NCBI GenBank assembly: GCA_965223855.1
Contig: CBDCXM010000008.1
Coordinates: forward strand, 544,001-608,000
Reading direction: 5' to 3'
Source of the DNA: Candidatus Multivoradales bacterium
Lineage (GTDB): Bacteria > Acidobacteriota > Thermoanaerobaculia > Multivoradales > JAHEKO01
DNA: 64,000 bases
The notes under the pieces are model-generated. The model saw only the letters and a program-made list of their open reading frames with translations, was not told the origin of the DNA and made no database searches. Within the stretch, counting starts at the first letter, position 1. Each line of letters begins with the position of its first letter. Position numbers and translations under genes: made by a program. Shown here piece after piece: positions 19,536-27,900 of the stretch.

Positions 19536-20132
19536 ATGAGCGGTTCCCGCCACTGCTCGCCGGCTGGAGTGCGCCTCGTTTCGTGCGTTCTTCTCGCCGG
19601 CTTCCTGCTGGCGCCTGTCGTCGCCCGAGCCGACCCCCGGGCTGACCCCGAGGTGACCAACGTGCGGGTCGCCATCGACGACGGCTACGCGCGGCTGAGC
19701 TTCCAGCTCGATGGCGCCTTCGACGAGCCGGTGCTCGAGCGGATCTCGACCGGCCTGCCGACCGGCTTTCGCTACCAGTTTCGCCTCGATCGCGACCGTA
19801 AGCGCTGGTTCGACGCCAGCCTCGCCCGCTCGATGCTCGAAGTCAGTGCGATGTACAACGCGGTGACCGAGGAGTACCTCGTCAATTTCAAGCTCGACGG
19901 CAAGCTGATCGAGAGTCGCGTCGTGCGCGACCTGGAGGCACTCGAGCGGGCGATGACCCGCATCGCCTCGGTCCCGGTCTTCGAGCTCGCGGGTCTCGAC
20001 GGCAGCGACCGGATGCTCGTGCGGGTACGGGCCGATCTCGGCTCGAAGACAGGCTTCCTGTTCCTCCCGACCAGGGAGGAGACCGGGTGGACCCGGTCGC
20101 GCAAGTTCCGACCCGACGACGAGGCGGGTTAG
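19536..20132 (+). CDS. DUF4390 domain-containing exported protein
   Basis: Signal peptide; LSFQLDGAF...ERISTGLPTGFRY...RKRWFD...YNAVTEEY; lies directly upstream of an NtrY-like kinase, the usual context for this family. Confidence 0.75.
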   Translation: MSGSRHCSPAGVRLVSCVLLAGFLLAPVVARADPRADPEVTNVRVAIDDGYARLSFQLDGAFDEPVLERISTGLPTGFRYQFRLDRDRKRWFDASLARSMLEVSAMYNAVTEEYLVNFKLDGKLIESRVVRDLEALERAMTRIASVPVFELAGLDGSDRMLVRVRADLGSKTGFLFLPTREETGWTRSRKFRPDDEAG

Positions 20133-20139
20133 CCGCCCG

Positions 20140-22326
20140 ATGGCACGCTTCCAGCGGATCTTCCGCCACCGCAAGGACAATCGCTGGATCGCCGGCGGCC
20201 TGGTGGCGCTGCTGGCGCTGATGACCGGGCTTTTCTACGCCGTCCAGCGCGCGCGTGAACTGCCACCGGAGTTGATGACCAACCGGGTGCTGCTGTTCGC
20301 CGTCTGGAGCATCAACCTGGTGCTCATCGTGGCGATCAGTTTCGTGCTGGCGCGCAACCTCTTCAAGCTGGCGGTCGAGCGCCGCCACCGGGTGCTCGGG
20401 TCGAAGTTCAAGACCAAGCTCGTCCTCACCTACATCGCCCTGTCGCTGATCCCGGTTGTGCTGCTGTTCCTCTACGGCACCCGCCTGCTCCAGGGGTGGC
20501 TCGACCGCTGGTTCGACGAGCCGGCGATCGAGCAGCTCGTCGACCAGGGTTTCGTCGTCGCACAGGCGTTCCATCAGGAGCTGCGCGAGAACCGGCTGCG
20601 CGACGCGAGGTCGGTGCTGCTCGAGGTGGAACGCACCGACTTCGCCAACCCCCGGCGGGTGCGCTCGGTCAACACGCTGCTCGGTCGCGAGCTCGAGAGG
20701 CGCGAGCTCGACGCGCTCGCGGTCTACAACGGCACCGACTTCGTGCACGGCATCGTCAACTCGAGCTCGGCGATCGTGGATCTGCCGGACCCGGACGTCG
20801 ACTTCCTGGTGTCGGTGCTCGAAGACGGCTCCGGCTCGCGCTTTCAGACCTCGGCCAACGGCGCCCACCGCCTCGTGCTCGGCGCCGCGGCGAGCGACGC
20901 TCCGGTCGGCGAACCGCGCGCCGTCGTCGTTGCGATCAGCGACCTCGACGCCGAGATTGCCCGCCAGGCGGACGCGGTGATCCAGGCGCACCAGGGGTAC
21001 GACCAGCTCAAGTTCCAGCAGAAGGAGATCTCGGCGAGCTTCTTCCTGTCGTTCCTGATGGTGACGCTCTTCCTGTTGCTGGCGGTCACCTGGGTCGGGC
21101 TCTATCTCGCCCGGCGGGTCACCGAGCCGATCGAGGCGCTCGCCGAGGGGACTCGCCGGGTGTCGGAAGGAGAGCTCGATTTCCGCGTCGACGTCGACGC
21201 CGGCGACGAACTGGGTGTGCTGGTCGACTCCTTCAACCGGATGACCGCAGAGCTGGAGACCTCGACCCGCAGCCTGACGAACGCCAACCGCCAGCTCGCC
21301 GAGGAGCGCGCGGTGATCGCGGCCGTGCTGCAGAGCACGGCCGCCGGTGTGATCGCGGTCGACGAGCACGGCCGGGTGCTCGCGTTCAACGGTGCCGCGC
21401 GCAACATGTTGCGCCAGAGGAAGGTCGAGGTGTTGGATCGGCCGATCCGCGAGGTCTGGAGCGATCCGGAGCGCTCGACTCTGGCGCGCCTCTTCGACGA
21501 AGCGGCCGAGCGGCAGGGGCGGCTCGAGAGCAACGTCCGGCTGATGCTCTCCGGTGACTGGAAGACGTTCGAGGCCAAGGTGACGGCGTTGCGCCACTCG
21601 GAGGGGGAGCTGCAGGGGCACGTCATGGTGCTCGAGGACCTGAGTGAGCTGATCCACGCCCAGCAGCGGGCGGCCTGGAACGACGCGGCCCGGCGGATCG
21701 CCCACGAGATCAAGAATCCCCTGACCCCGATCAAGCTGGCGGCGGAGCGCCTCCTGCGGCGCTACCGCAACGACGACCCCGACCTGGGCGCTTCGCTCGA
21801 AGACGCCGTCGACATCATCGTTCGCGAAGTCAGTCACCTCCAGGGAATGGTCGACGAGTTCTCACGCTTCGCCCGCATGAAGCGCCCCCAGCCGGCGCAG
21901 GTCGACCTCGACCAGCTGGTCACCGACACGGTGCACCTCTACGAAGGGCTCAAGGAGGGGGTCGACGTCGGTGCCGAGGTTCAGAGCGCCGCCTCCGAGG
22001 CGTGGCTCGATGGCGAGCAACTCAAGCAGGTCCTGATCAATCTGCTCGACAACGCAGTCGAGTCGATCGAGCCGCCCGGCGAAGTGCGGGTCCGGGTCGC
22101 ACGCGACAACGGCGCGCTGCGGATTCAGGTCGCCGACACCGGGCGCGGCATCCCGCCGGAGGCGCGCGAGAAGCTGTTCCTCCCCCACTTCTCGACCAAG
22201 GGGCGCGGCACCGGGCTGGGGCTCTCGATCGTGCGTCGCATCATCGCCGAGCACCACGGCACGATCCGCGTCTCGGACAACCACCCGCACGGCACCGTCT
22301 TCACGGTCGAGATCCCTCAGGGCTGA
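20140..22326 (+). CDS. NtrY-like membrane sensor histidine kinase (TM-HAMP-PAS-HisKA-HATPase)
   Basis: GSKFKTKLV, HAMP GDELGVLVDSFNRM, AAWNDAARRIAHEIKNPLTPI, EFSRFAR, NLLDNA, DTGRG, GTGLGL. Confidence 0.93.
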   Translation: MARFQRIFRHRKDNRWIAGGLVALLALMTGLFYAVQRARELPPELMTNRVLLFAVWSINLVLIVAISFVLARNLFKLAVERRHRVLGSKFKTKLVLTYIALSLIPVVLLFLYGTRLLQGWLDRWFDEPAIEQLVDQGFVVAQAFHQELRENRLRDARSVLLEVERTDFANPRRVRSVNTLLGRELERRELDALAVYNGTDFVHGIVNSSSAIVDLPDPDVDFLVSVLEDGSGSRFQTSANGAHRLVLGAAASDAPVGEPRAVVVAISDLDAEIARQADAVIQAHQGYDQLKFQQKEISASFFLSFLMVTLFLLLAVTWVGLYLARRVTEPIEALAEGTRRVSEGELDFRVDVDAGDELGVLVDSFNRMTAELETSTRSLTNANRQLAEERAVIAAVLQSTAAGVIAVDEHGRVLAFNGAARNMLRQRKVEVLDRPIREVWSDPERSTLARLFDEAAERQGRLESNVRLMLSGDWKTFEAKVTALRHSEGELQGHVMVLEDLSELIHAQQRAAWNDAARRIAHEIKNPLTPIKLAAERLLRRYRNDDPDLGASLEDAVDIIVREVSHLQGMVDEFSRFARMKRPQPAQVDLDQLVTDTVHLYEGLKEGVDVGAEVQSAASEAWLDGEQLKQVLINLLDNAVESIEPPGEVRVRVARDNGALRIQVADTGRGIPPEAREKLFLPHFSTKGRGTGLGLSIVRRIIAEHHGTIRVSDNHPHGTVFTVEIPQG

Positions 22327-22370
22327 CCCCTCTGAACTGCCCCAGGAGCTGCCCCTCAGAGCTGGGAGCG

Positions 22371-22700
22371 CTACTTCGGCGGCAGCGAGCCGGCGAACGC
22401 CACTCCGGCGCCGACCCAGTCCTCTAGCGCCTCTGCGGTCTCGAACCCCTGGATGCCGACGTAGACCATGTTCTTCGAGATGCGGCCGGTGAAGTCCATC
22501 ACTCGCGCGTGCGGGCGCGCGAGTCGATCCTCGTAGGCTTCGGGCCCCACCCTCACCATCAGCTCGTCACCGACGATGCCGCACGCCATATGGCCGCCGA
22601 CGAGGAAGCAGAGGCCGCCGAACATCCTGCGTTCCGCCACGTCGGAGCGGCGGGTCAGGAGATCGCGGATCCGCTCCGCGAGCGCTTCGTCATAGGCCAT
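22371..22700 (-). CDS. TfoX/Sxy N-terminal domain protein
   Basis: MAYDEALAERIR...ERRMFGGLCFLVGGHMACG...LMVRVG...MDFTGR. Confidence 0.88.
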   Translation of the reverse strand: MAYDEALAERIRDLLTRRSDVAERRMFGGLCFLVGGHMACGIVGDELMVRVGPEAYEDRLARPHARVMDFTGRISKNMVYVGIQGFETAEALEDWVGAGVAFAGSLPPK

Positions 22701-22780
22701 CTTGGGGTCTCGGGATCGGCCACCGCCGACCTATCGAAGCCGTTAGCATAGCCTCGGATGCCGCAGCCGATGGACTTGAC

Positions 22781-23707
22781 ATGAGAGCTCGACCGTTCGG
22801 ACTCAGGGTGGTCCTGCTGCTCGCCGCGATCGCCCTTTCAGCGTGCGAGCCGGCGGCACGAGGCCCGTCGTCGGGGATGCAGGGCACCCGGAACGCCGCC
22901 TCGGCCTCGAACGAGGTGCTCCTCGCCACGGCGACGAGCGTCGAGGACTCCGGTCTGCTCGACACGCTGCTGCCGGCCTTCGAGGCCTCCACGGGATACC
23001 GCGTGAAGGCGCTGGCGGTCGGCACCGGTGAGGCACTCGCCATGGCCGACCGCGGCGACGTCGATGTGGTACTCACCCACGCTCCCGAGCTGGAGCTGCA
23101 GTCGATCGAGCGCGGCTCGACGGTCCGCCGCCGGCCGATTCTGCGCAACGCTTTCATCGTCGTCGGCGCCGCCGGCGACCCGGCCGGGGTGCGCGGCAGC
23201 CCCGACCTCGCCTCCGGCCTGGCAAGGATCGCTGCGGCCTCCTCACTCTTCGTCTCGCGCGGCGACAACTCCGGCACCCACCTCCGCGAGCGGGAACTGT
23301 GGCGGAGATCCGGCATCGAACCCGGAGGCGGCTGGTACCTCGAGACGGGCCTCGCGATGGGCGCGACACTCCTGATCGCCAGCGAGCGTCAGGCGTACGC
23401 CCTGACCGACAGCAGCACGTACGCAGCTCTCGAAGAGCGTCTCCATCTCGAGCCGCTGCTGCCGGCAACGGCCGACTCCAGTTCCGGTGCCGCTACCGAC
23501 CCGGCCACGGTCAATCTCTACTCGGTCCTCGAGGTCGACCCGCAGCGGTTCACCCACGTCAATCACGAGGGCGCTGCGGCGCTCAGCGACTTCCTCGTCG
23601 GGAGAGCGGGCCGGGAGCTGATCGGAACGCACGGGATCGATCGATTCGGCAAGCCTCTGTTCCTTCCCGTCGACGACGGACCCGCGGAACGCGGGTCCCA
23701 CTCCTGA
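22781..23707 (+). CDS. tupA: Tungstate ABC transporter substrate-binding lipoprotein
   Basis: Lipobox LSAC; LATATSVEDSGLLD, AVGTGEAL, GDVDVVLTHAP, FVSRGDNSGTH. Confidence 0.88.
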   Translation: MRARPFGLRVVLLLAAIALSACEPAARGPSSGMQGTRNAASASNEVLLATATSVEDSGLLDTLLPAFEASTGYRVKALAVGTGEALAMADRGDVDVVLTHAPELELQSIERGSTVRRRPILRNAFIVVGAAGDPAGVRGSPDLASGLARIAAASSLFVSRGDNSGTHLRERELWRRSGIEPGGGWYLETGLAMGATLLIASERQAYALTDSSTYAALEERLHLEPLLPATADSSSGAATDPATVNLYSVLEVDPQRFTHVNHEGAAALSDFLVGRAGRELIGTHGIDRFGKPLFLPVDDGPAERGSHS

Positions 23708-24408
23708 TGGACCTCGTCTGGCAGGGCTTCAAAGAGGCGTTGCGGCTCCTCGTCACCGGCGACGCGGAAGTGCTCGCCGTCACCTGGCTGTCGCTCAAGC
23801 TCTCCGGCCTCGCGACCCTTTGCGCCCTCGCCGCAGGCGTGCCGCTCGGCACCATGCTTGCCCTCGAGCGCTTCCCCGGTCGGAGCCTCCTGATGAGCCT
23901 CGTCAACACCGGCATGGGCCTGCCGCCGGTGGTCGTCGGTCTGTTCGTGAGCGTGACGCTGTGGCGCAGCGGCCCGCTGGGATTCCTCGAGCTTCTCTAC
24001 TCGCCGACGGCGATCGTCATCGCTCAGTTCGTCATCGCGGTGCCGATCCTCATCGGGCTGACGGCGACCGCACTGCAGGAGATCGACCCGCGCCTCCACC
24101 AGCAGCTCCTCGGTATCGGCGCCTCGAGGGTGCAGCTGGTCCGCACCCTGCTGCTCGAGGCGCGAATCCCGATGCTCGCCGCCGTCATCGCCGGCTTCGG
24201 CGCCGTCATTTCCGAGGTCGGAGCGGTGATGATGGTGGGCGGCAACATCCTCGGCCACACGCGAGTGCTCACCACCGCCACCGTCCTCGAGACCCGCAAG
24301 GGGGCGTTCGAGGTCGCTATCGCACTCAGCCTGATCCTGCTGGCGATCACCTTCCTCGTGACCTGGCTTCTGACAGCGCTTCAACAGCGCGGGAGGGGCC
24401 GGCGTTGA
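23707..24408 (+). CDS. tupB: Tungstate ABC transporter permease
   Basis: TGATG coupling to tupA; NTGMGLPPVVVGL, GFGAVISEVGAVMMVGGNI, TRVLTTA. Confidence 0.9.
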   Translation: MDLVWQGFKEALRLLVTGDAEVLAVTWLSLKLSGLATLCALAAGVPLGTMLALERFPGRSLLMSLVNTGMGLPPVVVGLFVSVTLWRSGPLGFLELLYSPTAIVIAQFVIAVPILIGLTATALQEIDPRLHQQLLGIGASRVQLVRTLLLEARIPMLAAVIAGFGAVISEVGAVMMVGGNILGHTRVLTTATVLETRKGAFEVAIALSLILLAITFLVTWLLTALQQRGRGRR

Positions 24409-25496
24409 GTTCCTCGCCGCCGCTTCTCGAGCTGCGCAACGTCGAGGTCCACTACGACGGGAAGCGCGCCCTCGACCTCGACCGCTTCGCAATCGAGAGG
24501 GGACGTTCGCTCGTGCTGCTCGGCCACAACGGCGCCGGCAAGTCGACGCTGCTACGTATCCTGGGCCTCCTCGAGCGGCCGACGCACGGGGTGGTGGTGT
24601 TCGATGGGGAACCGGCTCCACGGCGGGGGCGAGCGCTCCTTGCGGCCCGACGGCGCATCGCCAACGTGCTGCAACAACCGCTCCTGTGCCGCACCTCGGT
24701 CACCGGCAATGTCGCGATGGGGTTGCGCTTTCGAGGCGTGCCGGCGCCCGAGAGAAGGCGCCGCGCCGACGTATGGATGAAGAAACTGCGCCTCGCCGAC
24801 TTCGCCGAGCGCCGGGCGGAGACGCTCTCCGGCGGTGAGGCGCAGCGCACCTCGCTGGCACGTGCCCTCGTCCTCGAGCCCGACCTGCTCCTGCTCGACG
24901 AGCCGTTCGCAGCGCTCGATGCGCCGACCCGCAGCGAACTCCTGGCAGACCTCCGAATGGCGTTGGCCGGAACCGGAACGACCGTCGTCTTCGCCACCCA
25001 CGACCGCAACGACGCCCTGGCGCTCGCCGACGACGTCGCGGTCCTCTCCGCCGGGGGACTCCTCCAGATCGGTCCGCCCGCGGAGGTCTTCGGTCGTCCC
25101 GCCAGTGAGGAGGTCGCTCGCTTCGTCGGCGCAGAAACTCTGATCGCCGGTACGACCGGCGAGTTCGTAGCTGGGGTGCAGCAGGTCGAGACCGATGCCG
25201 GCTCACTTCACGTCGCCACCGAAGGAGTCTCCGGGGACGTCTTCGTCTGCATCCGGCCCGAGAACGTGCACCTCTTCAGTTCCCCGCAGCGTCCGAGCCA
25301 CAGCGCCAGGAACGCACTCGAGGGCAGCGTCACGGAGATCCGCGAACTCGATAGCCACCTCCAGGTGATGGTCGACTGTGGAGCGCCGGTCAGCGCCCTC
25401 ATCACCCGCGCCGCCCGCGCCGAGCTCGGCATCGAGGTCGGGACCCGGGTCTGGGCCGCCTTCAAGGCGACCGCCGCTCATCTGGTGCCGCGCTGA
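24405..25496 (+). CDS. tupC: Tungstate ABC transporter ATPase with C-terminal TOBE domain
   Basis: TTG start overlapping the tupB stop; [24 protein letters not shown]; SARN...FKATA TOBE domain. Confidence 0.87.
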   Translation: MSSSPPLLELRNVEVHYDGKRALDLDRFAIERGRSLVLLGHNGAGKSTLLRILGLLERPTHGVVVFDGEPAPRRGRALLAARRRIANVLQQPLLCRTSVTGNVAMGLRFRGVPAPERRRRADVWMKKLRLADFAERRAETLSGGEAQRTSLARALVLEPDLLLLDEPFAALDAPTRSELLADLRMALAGTGTTVVFATHDRNDALALADDVAVLSAGGLLQIGPPAEVFGRPASEEVARFVGAETLIAGTTGEFVAGVQQVETDAGSLHVATEGVSGDVFVCIRPENVHLFSSPQRPSHSARNALEGSVTEIRELDSHLQVMVDCGAPVSALITRAARAELGIEVGTRVWAAFKATAAHLVPR

Positions 25497-25504
25497 CTCC
25501 TTCC

Positions 25505-25510
25505 TATAAT
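25505..25510 (+). promoter_or_regulatory. Consensus -10 box (TATAAT) 6 nt before the yqeY start; probable leaderless promoter for yqeY-selB
   Basis: ttccTATAATcccgctATG; no Shine-Dalgarno sequence. Confidence 0.65.
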
Positions 25511-25516
25511 CCCGCT

Positions 25517-25981
25517 ATGAACGCGCAAGGCCCCACGTCCCCGCAGGAGAAGATTCAGTCCGAGCTCGCGGCCGCGATGAAGGCGAGCGACAAGGAGCGC
25601 ACCTCGACCCTGCGCATGCTGCTGACGGCGCTCAAGAACGAGCGCATCGCGCAGGGCGAGGAGATCGACGAGGCGGGCTTCCTCAAGATCGTGCAGAAGT
25701 CGATCAAGCAGCGCCGCGAATCGGCGGAGCTCTACGACAAGGGAGGCCGCGACGAGTTGGCGGCGAAGGAACGCGGCGAGATCGAGATCCTCGAGGCCTA
25801 CCTCCCGGAGCAGGCGGGCCAGGACGAGATTCGTTCAGCGATCGAGGCGTTCGTCGCCGACAACGATCTCGCCGGGCCGCAAGCGATCGGCCAGGTGATG
25901 AAGGCGATGATGGCGCGCTTCGCCGGCAGCGCGGACGGCTCGGTGGTCAGCCGCATCGCTCGCGAAGTCCTCACCGGGTGA
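25517..25981 (+). CDS. GatB/YqeY domain protein
   Basis: [49 protein letters not shown]. Confidence 0.93.
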   Translation: MNAQGPTSPQEKIQSELAAAMKASDKERTSTLRMLLTALKNERIAQGEEIDEAGFLKIVQKSIKQRRESAELYDKGGRDELAAKERGEIEILEAYLPEQAGQDEIRSAIEAFVADNDLAGPQAIGQVMKAMMARFAGSADGSVVSRIAREVLTG

Positions 25982-27885
25982 GTACGGCCTCTCTGCGGCG
26001 GGTCGTCGTCGGCACGGCCGGCCACGTCGACCACGGCAAGACCCGCCTCGTCGAGGCGCTCACCGGGGTCGATTGCGACCGCTGGGAGGAGGAGAAACGC
26101 CGCGGCATCACGATCGACCTCGGCTTCGCCCACTTCGTCGAGGGGGATCTGCAGGTCGGCTTCGTCGACGTCCCCGGTCATCAGAAGTTTCTTCACAACG
26201 CCCTGGCAGGGCTCGGTGGGATCCGCCTGGTGCTCCTCGTGGTGGCGGCGGACGAGGGGATCCAGCCACAGACGAGGGAACACCTCGCGGTTTGCGAGCT
26301 GCTCGGCATTCCCAAGGCCCTCGTCGCGTTGACCAAGAGCGATCGGGTGGGTGAAGAGGTCCTGACGAAGCGCAGGCAGGAGGTTCGCGCGCTGCTGGCC
26401 GGAACGCCATTCGCGGGAGCGAGCCTCGTACCGGTCTCGACGGTGAGCGGCGACGGCCTGGAGGAGCTCCGCCGAGAGCTCGTCGAACTCGGCGGCCGGC
26501 ACGCTCACGAACCGGACCCTCGACCGGCCCGCCTGCCGGTCGATCGCGCCTTCAAGCTCAAGGGACACGGCGCCATCGTCACCGGCACTCTGGCCGCCGG
26601 ATCGGTCGTGCGCGATCAACGGCTCGCGGCGCTCCCGGGCGATGGCGAAGTCCGGGTGCGCAACCTCCAGGTGCACGGCGAAGATCGCGAGACGGCAGAG
26701 GCGGGAGAGCGGGTCGCCGTCCAGCTGAGCGGCGCCGACTCCGGCGCGCTCGCTCGTGGCAACCAGCTCGTCGCCGCAGGAGCCTACGGGGAGAGTCGCC
26801 GCTGGCTGACCCGCTTCGAGCTTCTCGACGTGGCCCCAAAGCCCCTCGCGGGCGCGGTCGGCGTCAAGGTCTTCCTCCTGTCGAGCGAAGTGAACGGCCG
26901 CATCCGATCGCTCGACGGGCGGCTTGCGCCCGGTTCGACCGGTATCGCCGAGATTCGTCTCGCGGAGCCGGTCGCCGCCGTACGCGGAGACCGTTTCGTC
27001 GTCCGCCGACCCTCGCCGCCGCTGACGATCGGCGGCGGCATGCTCCTCGACCCGGAGTGGCGCTCTCCCGGGGGCCCAGCTCGCAGCAAGGCCGTGGACG
27101 CTCTCTCTGGTGATACCGCGGACGCGGTCGGCGGCTGGCTCGAGCTCGCGGGCGAACGCGGGCTCGATCGGACAACCCTCAGTCGACGACTGGGGATCGC
27201 GGCAGCCGGGGCCGAGGCACTCCTCACCGCAGCCGTTGAGGGGCAGCAGGCGGTGAAGATCTCCGCACCGAGCGGGGACGGAGATCGCTGGTTCGCGCCC
27301 CGGGCTCTGCAGCGAATCGAGGAGAGGGCGCGTGACGTCCTGGAGGGCTACTTCGCCGCGCACAGGATGAAGGAGGCGATGCCGAGGGCGGAGGCGGTGG
27401 CCGCGATCCTCCCGGGCCGGCTCGCCGAGCAGGCAACCGCCCATCTCGAGTGGCTCGCGGCCCGAAAGGCCCTCGTCGTCGACGGTGACCGCGTCCTCGC
27501 ACCGGGACGCGGGCCACGGCTGAGCGACACCGAATCGAAGCTGGCGACGGCGATCCTCGGCGCCTTCGAGAGCGCCGGCCTGACTCCGCCGTCACCCGGA
27601 GAGATCCGCACGGCGCTCGGCGCCAAGGCGCAGATCCTCGAAGGGGTCACCTCTCACCTGCTGGAAAAGGGGAGGCTCACCCGTCTGCCCGGTGGGCTGC
27701 TGGTCGCTACCTCGGCGATCGAGAAACTGCGAACCGCCCTCCTCGAGGGTCCCGACGAGTTCGGCGTCGGCGACTTCAAGAGCCGCTTCGGCCTCACCCG
27801 GAAGTGGGCGATCCCGTTGCTCGAGCACCTCGACGGCGTCGGCGCCACCAGGCGCGTCGGTGACCGCCGTCAGGTCGTGCGCTGA
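25978..27885 (+). CDS. selB: Selenocysteine-specific translation elongation factor SelB
   Basis: [39 protein letters not shown]-terminal winged helix [15 protein letters not shown]...TRRVGD. Confidence 0.97.
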   Translation: MSTASLRRVVVGTAGHVDHGKTRLVEALTGVDCDRWEEEKRRGITIDLGFAHFVEGDLQVGFVDVPGHQKFLHNALAGLGGIRLVLLVVAADEGIQPQTREHLAVCELLGIPKALVALTKSDRVGEEVLTKRRQEVRALLAGTPFAGASLVPVSTVSGDGLEELRRELVELGGRHAHEPDPRPARLPVDRAFKLKGHGAIVTGTLAAGSVVRDQRLAALPGDGEVRVRNLQVHGEDRETAEAGERVAVQLSGADSGALARGNQLVAAGAYGESRRWLTRFELLDVAPKPLAGAVGVKVFLLSSEVNGRIRSLDGRLAPGSTGIAEIRLAEPVAAVRGDRFVVRRPSPPLTIGGGMLLDPEWRSPGGPARSKAVDALSGDTADAVGGWLELAGERGLDRTTLSRRLGIAAAGAEALLTAAVEGQQAVKISAPSGDGDRWFAPRALQRIEERARDVLEGYFAAHRMKEAMPRAEAVAAILPGRLAEQATAHLEWLAARKALVVDGDRVLAPGRGPRLSDTESKLATAILGAFESAGLTPPSPGEIRTALGAKAQILEGVTSHLLEKGRLTRLPGGLLVATSAIEKLRTALLEGPDEFGVGDFKSRFGLTRKWAIPLLEHLDGVGATRRVGDRRQVVR

Positions 27886-27900
27886 GGGGGCCGCCGGGAG

